The notes under the pieces were generated by a model. It was not told the origin of the DNA. It made no database searches and saw only the letters and a list, made by a program, of their open reading frames with translations. 30,418 bases of DNA from Limisphaerales bacterium (lineage in GTDB: Bacteria > Verrucomicrobiota > Verrucomicrobiia > Limisphaerales > JAYPXF01), in NCBI GenBank assembly GCA_049601855.1, contig JBMYQZ010000001.1, forward strand, positions 1-30,418, in the 5' to 3' direction. Made by a program: the position numbers and the translations under genes. Positions 8,507 through 16,505 of the stretch are shown here, piece after piece. Each line of letters starts with the position of its first letter. The first letter of the stretch is position 1.

Positions 8507-10099
8507 ATGAAACAATTCCTACTTGGTGTCCTTTGTGCCTTCGTGGTTCACACCTCCGCGGCGAAGCCGCATAGCGATCAAACGGCACGTTTGCCGAACA
8601 TCGTCTTCTTTCTCGTCGATGACCTGGGCTGGTCGGATGTCGGCTGCAATGGAAGCACGTTTTACGACACACCGAACATCGATCGGCTGGCGGCTGAGGG
8701 AGTCCGGTTTACGGACGGCTATGCGGCCTGCCACGTGTGTTCCCCGACCAGAGCGAGTATCCTGACCGGAAAATACCCGGCCACGCTCAATCTTACCGAT
8801 TGGCTCAATGGCAGAAGCAATCGTCCCTACCAGGTCCTCTTGAACGCTGAGAAAGCCATGAGTCTGGACGAGAAAGAGACGACCCTGGCGGAAGTGTTGA
8901 AGGTCGCAGGTTATGCCACCGCCTTGTTTGGCAAGTGGCATCTTGGAAGAGGCACGAGTCCGACCGAGCATGGTTTTGACATTCACGTGCCGCATTCGGT
9001 GAATTCAAATCTGGGGAGACGAGGATTCTACAATCCCAAGAAGATTCCGGGACTCGATGGAGGAGAATACGTGACCGATCGTTTGGCCGAATTGGCGGCG
9101 CAATACATTGATGAGAAAAAGGACCGGCCGTTTCTGTTGTATATGTCGCACTTCTCCGTGCATGACCCAATTCACGGCCGGCCTGATCTGGTCGAAAAAT
9201 ATCGGAAGAAGTTGGCCGGGCTGCCGGTCCGTTCCGGGCCCGACTTTATTCTCGAAGGAAACCCTGACAGTCCGACCTGTCCGAGCAGAGCTGAGCTGGA
9301 TGAGCTGATAAAGCTGCCGAAGTATCGGGATACCTACACGACCTACTCCAACGATCTCGTGAAGGTGAAGCAAAAGCAGGACAATGTTCAGTTCGCCGGA
9401 ATGGTTGAATCAGTCGATCAAAGTCTGGGAACGCTCATGGCAAAGCTGAAGGAGCATGGCATTGATGATAACACCATCGTCATCTTCATGTCCGACAACG
9501 GCGGAATGTCCGTCATGAACGGAACTCCCAGTTTCAAAACAACCAAGGACAAGATTGATACGCGTGCGTCCTCATCAAATCTACCGCTACGTGGCGCGAA
9601 AGGCTGGCTCTACGAAGGTGGCATCCGGGTTCCGCTGATCGTGAAATGGCCGCACCAGGGAAAAGTTGGAACGGTATGTAATGAACCGGTCGTCAGCACT
9701 GACTTTTTCCCCACGATTCTGGAAATGGTAGGTGTGGAGAATGAAATCACTGACATCGATGGGAAGAGCTTCACCCGTTTGGTGCGCGGGGAAGAGATGG
9801 ACCGGGGTCCGATCTTCTGGCACTTCCCGCATTACAGTAATCATGGAATGCAGAGCCCGGGCGGCGCCATTCGGAATGGGGATTACAAGCTTCTCGAATA
9901 TTTCGAGAACGGAACGGTTCAGCTGTTTAATTTGGCAAATGACATCGGTGAGCAGAACGATTTGTCGAAAATTGAAGTGCGGAAAACGAAGGAACTCACC
10001 GAGAAGCTTCGTCAATGGCGCAAAGATGTCCATGCGCAGATGATGAAACCCAATCCCGATTATGATCCATCCTCGGACTTATGGTCCGGTAAGAAGTGA
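8507..10099 (+). CDS. Secreted S1 sulfatase (arylsulfatase A-like)
   Basis: Start ATG 8507 (MKQFLLGVLCAFVV), PNIVFFLVDDLGW, CSPTR, FGKWHLG, SDNGG, and KGWLYEGGIRVP. Confidence 0.95.
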   Translation: MKQFLLGVLCAFVVHTSAAKPHSDQTARLPNIVFFLVDDLGWSDVGCNGSTFYDTPNIDRLAAEGVRFTDGYAACHVCSPTRASILTGKYPATLNLTDWLNGRSNRPYQVLLNAEKAMSLDEKETTLAEVLKVAGYATALFGKWHLGRGTSPTEHGFDIHVPHSVNSNLGRRGFYNPKKIPGLDGGEYVTDRLAELAAQYIDEKKDRPFLLYMSHFSVHDPIHGRPDLVEKYRKKLAGLPVRSGPDFILEGNPDSPTCPSRAELDELIKLPKYRDTYTTYSNDLVKVKQKQDNVQFAGMVESVDQSLGTLMAKLKEHGIDDNTIVIFMSDNGGMSVMNGTPSFKTTKDKIDTRASSSNLPLRGAKGWLYEGGIRVPLIVKWPHQGKVGTVCNEPVVSTDFFPTILEMVGVENEITDIDGKSFTRLVRGEEMDRGPIFWHFPHYSNHGMQSPGGAIRNGDYKLLEYFENGTVQLFNLANDIGEQNDLSKIEVRKTKELTEKLRQWRKDVHAQMMKPNPDYDPSSDLWSGKK

Positions 10100-10223
10100 C
10101 ATACCTCGCCCAACGTTACCCGAGCAGCCGCCGACGCACATCAGCCCCACATGAATACAATCTCTCGCCACTTCATTCAGCATCTCCGCGGCGAATCCGC
10201 ATGGCGGGCAAGCGGCACGCTTG

Positions 10224-10260
10224 GCTTGCCCGAATGAAACTTTTCGCAATTATCCCCCGA
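10224..10260 (+). repeat. 37-bp imperfect direct repeat, copy 2 (copy 1 at 6937-6973)
   Basis: 33/37 identity to 6937-6973; ends 8 nt before ATG 10269. Confidence 0.85.
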
Positions 10261-10268
10261 ACCACGTC

Positions 10269-12362
10269 ATGAAGAACTTGCTCCTTACCGCCCTGTTCGC
10301 GCTGTCGGCCGTTTTCGCCGAAGCCGCCAAACCCAAAGTCGTATTTATCTCCGGCAAGCCGAGTCATGGCCCCATGAGCCACGAGCACCGCGCCGGGAAT
10401 CTGATCCTCGCCAAGCGTCTGAACGCTTCCGGTCTCGCCAATGCAGTCGTGCTCCCGGACATCGGTTACCCCGAGGACTCATCCGTGCTCAAAGATGCCG
10501 ACACGATCGTGATTTTCTGCACGGGTCATGGCGGCCATGTCCTCAATCCCAAGCTGAAAGAGTTCGACGCGCTGATGAAGAAAGGCGTCGGAGTGGTGAT
10601 GATCCACTGGACGACCGAAGCTGTGAAGGGCGAGCCCGGCGAGAAGTTCCTCCAATGGATGGGCGGCTTCTGTGATCTCGATTGGTCGGTGAACCCGCAC
10701 TGGATTGCCGACTTCAAACCGCAGAAGCACGAGATCTGGAACGGCGTCAAACGCTTCAAGGTCAACGATGAGTGGTACTACCACATGCGCTTCGTCAAAG
10801 ACCGCACTGGACTCACCCCGATCCTAACCGATCTCCCCGGACCCGAAACATTGAAACGCCCGAACGGCCCTCGCAGCGGCAACGTCCATGTCCGGCGCTC
10901 CGTTGCCAACGGCGAATCCCAACACGTCGCCTGGGCCTACCAGCGGCAAGGCATGAAAGGTCGCGGCTTCGGCTTCACCGGCGGCCACGTCCACATGAAC
11001 TGGCAGAACGACAACTACCGGAAGATCGTGCTCAACGCAATTCTCTGGACCGCTGGCGTCAACGTCCCGAAGAACGGCGTACCTTCCGCCACGCCCAGTG
11101 ACGCGGAAATGCGTTCCAATCTCGACGACAAGAAGAAGCGCGCGCCACGCCGCCAAGCGAAGCCTTCGACCGCTTCGAAGCCGGCTGCTAAGAACGAGCC
11201 CCCTCCCAGCTTTGATCAGTTGCGCCAACAAGCCATCAAGCGTCTTGATTCACGCAAGTCTTTGAACCTTCTCACCAAGTCGCTGAACACCACCAAGAAT
11301 CCCAAAACCCAAGCCGCCCTCATGCAAGGGATGGTCGCCGGTCTCGCCGGCCAACGGAATGTCCCCGCACCCGCCGGTTGGGGACAAGCCATGGCCAGCC
11401 TCTCCAAGAGCAGCAACGCTGACGTCGTCAAATACTCCCTCCGCCTCGGACAGATCTTCGGCGTCAAAGCCGCCACCCAACAGGCCATCGCCGCCGTCAA
11501 GAATACCAAGGCTTCCGCAGACGTTCGACGCAGCGCGTTGCAATCCCTCGTCACCCAACGTTCTCCCGAAGTGAAGGGCCTGCTCCCCTCGCTCCTCAAC
11601 GACAAGGCTCTCCAAGTCGATGCCATCCGCGCCTACGGGGCCATCGAAGACAACAACGCCCCCAAACAAATCCTCAAGCGTTACGCGTCCCTCGATTTCC
11701 AAGCCAAACGCGCCACCGTCGAAACCCTCGCCTCGCGCAAGAACTACGCCCAACAACTCTTGGGCGCCATTAAGAACAAGACCGTTCCGAAGCAGGATAT
11801 CCCTACTTACCTCGCCCGCAACCTTTCCCAACTCCTCGGCAAGTCCTTCGACCGCGCCTTCGGCAAGATCGACTCTCTCTCCCAAGACAAGGCCGCGTTG
11901 ATCAACAAATACCGCAAGCTCTTGGATGACAAACACATGGCCAAGGGAGATCCTCAGAAGGGGCGCCAGATGTTTGAATTGGTCTGCGCCTCCTGCCACC
12001 AGATCTACGGCAAAGGCGCCCACATCGGCCCCGACCTCACCGGCTCCAATCGCGGCGACATCGATTACATCCTCCTCAACATGATCGACCCCAGTGCCGA
12101 TGTCCCCGACGCCTACAAGTCGGTCACCATCAACACCAGGGACGGCCAGGTATTGGTCGGTACCCTCGCCGCCGAAGACGGCCAACGCGTCGTCCTCAAC
12201 ACCGTCGGTCAAAAACTCACCGTCCTAAAGTCGGACATCAAGACCCGCACCGTCTCCAAACTCTCCATGATGCCCGAAGGCCTCTTGCCTGCCTTGTCCG
12301 ACTCCCAAGTCATTGACCTCGTCAAATACCTCCAGACCAAGAAGCAAGTCGCCCTTCCTTGA
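10269..12362 (+). CDS. Secreted ThuA-like domain + helical repeats + PVC-type c-type heme-binding (CxxCH) protein
   Basis: Signal peptide MKNLLLTALF, ThuA-like N-domain (HGPMSHEHRAG, GGFCDLDWSVNPHW, RGFGFTGGH), and C-terminal GRQMFELVCASCH...IGPDLT...SMMPEGL resembling the Pirellula/Verrucomicrobium heme domain (TIGR02603). Confidence 0.88.
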   Translation: MKNLLLTALFALSAVFAEAAKPKVVFISGKPSHGPMSHEHRAGNLILAKRLNASGLANAVVLPDIGYPEDSSVLKDADTIVIFCTGHGGHVLNPKLKEFDALMKKGVGVVMIHWTTEAVKGEPGEKFLQWMGGFCDLDWSVNPHWIADFKPQKHEIWNGVKRFKVNDEWYYHMRFVKDRTGLTPILTDLPGPETLKRPNGPRSGNVHVRRSVANGESQHVAWAYQRQGMKGRGFGFTGGHVHMNWQNDNYRKIVLNAILWTAGVNVPKNGVPSATPSDAEMRSNLDDKKKRAPRRQAKPSTASKPAAKNEPPPSFDQLRQQAIKRLDSRKSLNLLTKSLNTTKNPKTQAALMQGMVAGLAGQRNVPAPAGWGQAMASLSKSSNADVVKYSLRLGQIFGVKAATQQAIAAVKNTKASADVRRSALQSLVTQRSPEVKGLLPSLLNDKALQVDAIRAYGAIEDNNAPKQILKRYASLDFQAKRATVETLASRKNYAQQLLGAIKNKTVPKQDIPTYLARNLSQLLGKSFDRAFGKIDSLSQDKAALINKYRKLLDDKHMAKGDPQKGRQMFELVCASCHQIYGKGAHIGPDLTGSNRGDIDYILLNMIDPSADVPDAYKSVTINTRDGQVLVGTLAAEDGQRVVLNTVGQKLTVLKSDIKTRTVSKLSMMPEGLLPALSDSQVIDLVKYLQTKKQVALP

Positions 12363-12365
12363 CTC

Positions 12366-12388
12366 GTAGCTCAGGCGGCTCGCCTGAG
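12366..12388 (+). repeat. GTAG-type REP hairpin
   Basis: GTAG CTCAGGCG gct CGCCTGAG: an 8-bp perfect stem directly after a GTAG tetranucleotide, 3 nt past the stop codon, with no U-tract. Confidence 0.65.
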
Positions 12389-12404
12389 AACCAGCAAATG
12401 TTTT

Positions 12405-12486
12405 CAACCACGGAATACACCGAAGACACGGAAGGGGAAAATTTCTCTTCGTCTTCTTTCCGTGTCTTCGGTGTATTCCGTGGTTG
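12405..12486. repeat. 82-bp element with perfect 29-bp terminal inverted repeats
   Basis: CAACCACGGAATACACCGAAGACACGGAA (12405-12433) is the exact reverse complement of 12458-12486, with a 24-nt spacer. The arms have CAC at 9-nt periodicity. Confidence 0.95.
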
Positions 12487-12523
12487 CTCCTCTTTTCGAT
12501 CTTCCTGCCCCCATTTTCGTGCC

Positions 12524-14851
12524 ATGAAAAAACTTTTCCTTCTTACCGCTCTGCTCATCACTACATCAGTGGTTTCCGCCGCCGTCCTCGGCCAAAAGCA
12601 CCGCACCAGCAATGCCCCCTTCCTCAAGCCCAAGGAAGCCCTCGCCAAGATGGCCATCCCGGACGATTTCGAAGTCAGCATATTTGCTTCCGAACCCACC
12701 ATCGGCGAACCAATCGCCTTCACCTTCGATGACAAGGGCCGCATCTGGGTCGTCGAGAACTACAACTACGTCAACCGCCGCGCCCACAAGGAAACCAACC
12801 AGGTCACCCGCATCCAGATCCTCGAAGACACCGACAGCGACGGCGTCTTCGACAAGAAGAAGACCTTCACCGACAAACTCACCTTCAGCTCCGGCATCGC
12901 CGTCGGCTTTGGCGGCGTCTACGTCGGCTCTCCGCCCAACCTTACCTTCATCCCCGACAAGAACGGCGACGACAAACCCGACGGCCCTCCCGAGATCCTC
13001 CTCGACGGCTGGGGTCATCACGACCGCCACGAAACCCTGAACAGCTTCATCTGGGGCCCCGACGGTTGGCTCTACGGCTGCCACGGGGTCTTTACCTCAT
13101 CCTACGTTGGCAAACCGGGCGCGCCCAATTCCGAACGCGAGTTCATCGACGGCGGCATCTGGCGCTGGCACCCCACCAAGAAGGAATTCGAGATCTTCGC
13201 CCGCGGTCTCTCCAATCCCTGGGGCTTTGACTTCAACGACCACGGACAAGGCTTCGCCACCTGCTGCGTGATCCCGCACCTCTTTCACGTCGTGCAAGGC
13301 GGCACCTACCACAAACAAAGCAAACCCCACCTCAATCCCTACGTCTACGACTACATCCCCACCATCCGCGATCATACGCACCTGAGCGCCCACGGCGGCG
13401 CCCGCTTCTACCTCGCCGACACCTTCCCCGCGAAATACCGCGACCAACTCTTCATGTGCAACATCCACCAGCACCAGCTGCTGACGGATGTCATGAAGCC
13501 CAAAGGCTCCAGCTACATCGGCAGCCACGGCGAGGATTTCATCAGCATGAACGACCTCGCCTGGGTCGGCTTCAGTCTCGAGACCGGCCCCGACGGCGGC
13601 GTCTACATCCTCGATTGGCACGACACCGACGTTTGCGGCAACGCCATCAACTTCCCCAACAGCGGCCGCATCTACCGCGTCATGCCCAAGAACGCGCCGA
13701 AGATCGAACGCCCCAACATCCGCGCCCTGTCCGACCTAGAACTGGTGAAGCTGCAAAACCACCCCAACGACTGGTACGTCCGCCAAGCCCGCCTCCATCT
13801 CCAAATGCGCGCTGCTGCAGGCAAGCTCGACAAGCAGAGCGCCACCCGGAAGTTGGAGCAACTGCTCACCACCGCCAAATCCTCCGGCAAAAAACTCCGC
13901 GCCCTGTGGGCCCTCCACGTCATCGGAAGTCTTGGTGAGCAACGACTCCACCGCCTCCTCGGCTACGGGGACGAATACATCCGCGCCTTCTCCATCCAGT
14001 TCCTCATTGAGGACAAGCAACCTTCGGTTGCATCGTTATCTCGCTTCGCGAGCATGGCCCAAAACGACAAGTCCCCCGTCGTCCGCCTCTACCTCGCTTC
14101 CGCCTTGCAACGGATGCCGTTCGAACAACGCTGGCCCATCCTCGACGCCCTCTCCCAACACGCCGAAGACGCCGAAGACAACAACATCCCCCGCATGCTC
14201 TGGTTCGCCCTCGAACCCATGGTCCCCGCTCACCCCGAGTTGTCCCTTCAACTGGCCATGAACAGCAAGCTCACCAAACTCCAGGAACTCACCGCCCGCC
14301 GCATGGTCAGCGGCGACCTCCCCACCCGGCCTCAACGAAAAAAGCCGACACGCAGTGTCAAGGACACCCGCCCCATCTTCCTGGGCAAGGCTCCAGTGTC
14401 GCATCAAAAGGAAATCCGAAAAGTCGCCCCCGGCTTCCAAGCCTTTGACCTGGGCCTCCGCGGCGCCATTCCCCACAAGGTCTTCCGCAACGAATTCGCC
14501 ATCATGACCCACCCCTTCAGCCGCGAAAAACCCGCCCGCCTGGTGCGTCATCTCGAAGTCCCCAAAGGAAAAACAACGAAGCTGAAACTCCGAGTCAGCC
14601 ACCACCCCCACGCCGACTGGCAACTCCGAGTCCTTGCCGGAAAGAAAGTCCTGAAAGACACCATGGTCAGTTCCAAGACCGTCGGCCAAGACGAATGGCT
14701 CAGCCTCGAGTTTGACCTCTCCAAATACGCCGGCCAGCACCTCGACCTCACCCTCGAATGCAAAGCCAACAACTGGGCCAACGAATGGGCCTACTGGAGC
14801 GACGTCAAGGTCGTGAGCAACGGAATCACTTTGAGTCGTTTCCGAAACTAG
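12524..14851 (+). CDS. Secreted PVC-type putative membrane-bound dehydrogenase-domain (beta-propeller) + HEAT-repeat protein, without a CxxCH domain
   Basis: Start ATG 12524 (MKKLFLLTALL). FEVSIFASEP...PIAFTFDDKGRIWV, DTDSDGVFDK, WGPDGWLYGCHG, NPWG, GPDGGVYILDW and GRIYRV resemble TIGR02604. HEAT-like LRALWALH and VVRLYLASALQR follow. No CxxCH is present. Confidence 0.88.
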   Translation: MKKLFLLTALLITTSVVSAAVLGQKHRTSNAPFLKPKEALAKMAIPDDFEVSIFASEPTIGEPIAFTFDDKGRIWVVENYNYVNRRAHKETNQVTRIQILEDTDSDGVFDKKKTFTDKLTFSSGIAVGFGGVYVGSPPNLTFIPDKNGDDKPDGPPEILLDGWGHHDRHETLNSFIWGPDGWLYGCHGVFTSSYVGKPGAPNSEREFIDGGIWRWHPTKKEFEIFARGLSNPWGFDFNDHGQGFATCCVIPHLFHVVQGGTYHKQSKPHLNPYVYDYIPTIRDHTHLSAHGGARFYLADTFPAKYRDQLFMCNIHQHQLLTDVMKPKGSSYIGSHGEDFISMNDLAWVGFSLETGPDGGVYILDWHDTDVCGNAINFPNSGRIYRVMPKNAPKIERPNIRALSDLELVKLQNHPNDWYVRQARLHLQMRAAAGKLDKQSATRKLEQLLTTAKSSGKKLRALWALHVIGSLGEQRLHRLLGYGDEYIRAFSIQFLIEDKQPSVASLSRFASMAQNDKSPVVRLYLASALQRMPFEQRWPILDALSQHAEDAEDNNIPRMLWFALEPMVPAHPELSLQLAMNSKLTKLQELTARRMVSGDLPTRPQRKKPTRSVKDTRPIFLGKAPVSHQKEIRKVAPGFQAFDLGLRGAIPHKVFRNEFAIMTHPFSREKPARLVRHLEVPKGKTTKLKLRVSHHPHADWQLRVLAGKKVLKDTMVSSKTVGQDEWLSLEFDLSKYAGQHLDLTLECKANNWANEWAYWSDVKVVSNGITLSRFRN

Positions 14852-14870
14852 GGGTGGTGCAATTGAGCGA

Positions 14871-14902
14871 GTATTGGATGGACGACGCGACTTCCATCCA
14901 AT
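14871..14902. repeat. REP-like hairpin downstream of the RAYT
   Basis: ATTGGATGGA (14873-14882) and TCCATCCAAT (14893-14902) form a 10-bp perfect stem with a 10-nt loop, headed by GTAT, 56 nt from the RAYT stop. Confidence 0.55.
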
Positions 14903-14958
14903 CGTCGAAGCCGGCGTTGAAGAAACTCCCGAGGAACAACAACGACCTCCACTTCACT

Positions 14959-15858
14959 CTATTCAACTCCACGCTTGCGAACGTCCCGCAATGCCGCGAA
15001 CCCCTGCAAGCTCGCTCCGATCCCATGTAAGCGTCGCGCACCGGTCTTACGTCGCTTGCCGAATCGATCACGGAATTCTTCAAACACCTGGTTCACGAAC
15101 TCTTTCGACCCAAACACGGCACCATCCGTCAGATACCGTATTCGCAGCCGTAAAACCTCCGCCGGTTCCAACCGTCCCCCTTGCTTGACCACCTTTAGAA
15201 TCTGTTCACGCGAGAGGGCCTTCTTACCTGCCCGACCGGCGTCACCCGCGTAGACCATCATCAGGCAACGGTACTCCCCTGATGCCTGGCGCCAGTTGGT
15301 CGAATCGCACACCCACGAAATCGACCGGCGAATCGCCGTATTCCCCGCCATCGCCTCGGCATGTCCGCAAAAACGATAATCCTTCGGATCCTCCACCAGT
15401 CCCGCCCGCACCGGATTCAAATCGATATACATCGCCACCGTTCGCAAGGACTCCGACGTATCCTCCACCAGCACACTCTTGAACCGCTCCGCCCACAAAG
15501 TGCCAAACCGTTTGTGTTTCTTGTTGTACCACTTCGAAAAGCGCTGCTTCAGCGCCCGCATGAACTGCGAAACATCCCCCATCTGCCCCAACAACCGTCC
15601 CCGAGTATCCTTCCCCAACACTCCGCGGTTTTCGAAATCTTCCGCTACCAACTGCACCCAAGGCTCTCGTCTCCCGTAATACTTCACCATCCGCCGGCAC
15701 AACTCCGCGTCCGGAACCTCCTCCGAATCCAACACCCGCACCAGCAGGTGAACGTGATTGGTCATCACGCAATACGTCACGATTTCCACCCCGCAGAATT
15801 CTGCGACCCGCCACATCATCCGCCGGAAAAACTCCTTCTCTTCATCCCCCAGCAACAT
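14959..15858 (-). mobile_element. REP-associated tyrosine transposase (RAYT, Y1 HUH, IS200-like), N-terminally truncated
   Basis: YCVMTNHVHLLV (HUH), MRALKQRFSKWYN, GTLWAERFKS, and catalytic-Tyr motif MYIDLNPVRAG. The family's N-terminal YHxxSR segment is missing. Confidence 0.9.
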
Positions 15859-16250
15859 ATCCCCGCCCTGCCGGGATTGAGATGAACGTATTGAATCAGG
15901 TTGGTCAAATAGTCGCTGCGATAGTTTGATCCTGCTATTGCCTCGTTTTCAACCAGGATGGACTTGTATCTTCCTGCAAACAGATGGCCACGCAACCGGT
16001 TACGGGCATTGATCCTCTGAGTAAAGGTTTGCTGAAACCAGGTCATTCCTGCCACGAGATTGGGTTCCGGAGTCCTGAAAACCAGGTGATAGTGATTTGA
16101 CATCAAAACCCAGCAATAAACCTCCCAGCCCGTTTTCTCGATAGCTTCTTCAAAAGTCTTAATGAAAATACGGCAGTCTTCGTCGTGAAACACGATCTTT
16201 CCACGATGATTGCCCCATGGAACATGTCCCCTTGGGTGTTTTCGGGGAAG
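15859..16250 (-). pseudogene. Second, different RAYT/Y1 transposase, N-terminal fragment fused out of frame to the first
   Basis: CWVLMSNHYHL (HUH), GHLFAGRYKSILVE, and QYVHLNPGRAG, after which it runs into the first RAYT in another frame. Its degenerate upstream sequence reads PRKHPRGHVPWGNHRGKIVFHDED with no clear start codon. Confidence 0.85.
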
Positions 16251-16407
16251 ATCCTCCCGAACAACTCGATCGCCGACAGCGCGGCCAGCTCCGGAACGCT
16301 TTGCGAGCAGAAGACCTGCGCCGCCGTCTGCACGAAGCCAAGGCCTTGATCGAGGCGAACGAACGCAATTAGTTCAGACGGTTGTTTTGTAACCGGCGCG
16401 GATCAAG

Positions 16408-16432
16408 GCGAAACTCTCATGAGTTCCGCTAC
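16408..16432 (-). repeat. GTAGCGGAA-family REP hairpin upstream of the RAYT locus
   Basis: Minus strand reads GTA GCGGAACTC atga GAGTTTCGC (9-bp stem with one G-T pair) and shares GTAGCGGAACT with 3284-3294. Confidence 0.75.
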
Positions 16433-16505
16433 TCGCCATAGATCGCTGGCTGTGATAGCACACGCCCGTCTGCCGATTCCCGTGTTGGGCAATTGGACTT
16501 AATAC

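Noticed and set aside
10108-10212. Integron attC site after the sulfatase (GCCCAAC fits RYYYAAC)
   Set aside because: There is no matching GTTRRRY core at a suitable distance, the L boxes pair poorly, and there is no integrase or second attC in the window.
14959-16250. Intact IS200/IS605 element or TnpB-type RNA-guided system
   Set aside because: There is no tnpB/IscB (RuvC) ORF; both ORFs are RAYT-sized Y1 proteins and both are damaged.
16395-16435. Glycine riboswitch upstream of the AGCS symporter (AAACTCTCA resembles the aptamer 3' end)
   Set aside because: The following GG and the upstream GGAGA and GCCGAAG motifs are absent, and the segment is fully explained as a GTAG REP hairpin on the minus strand.
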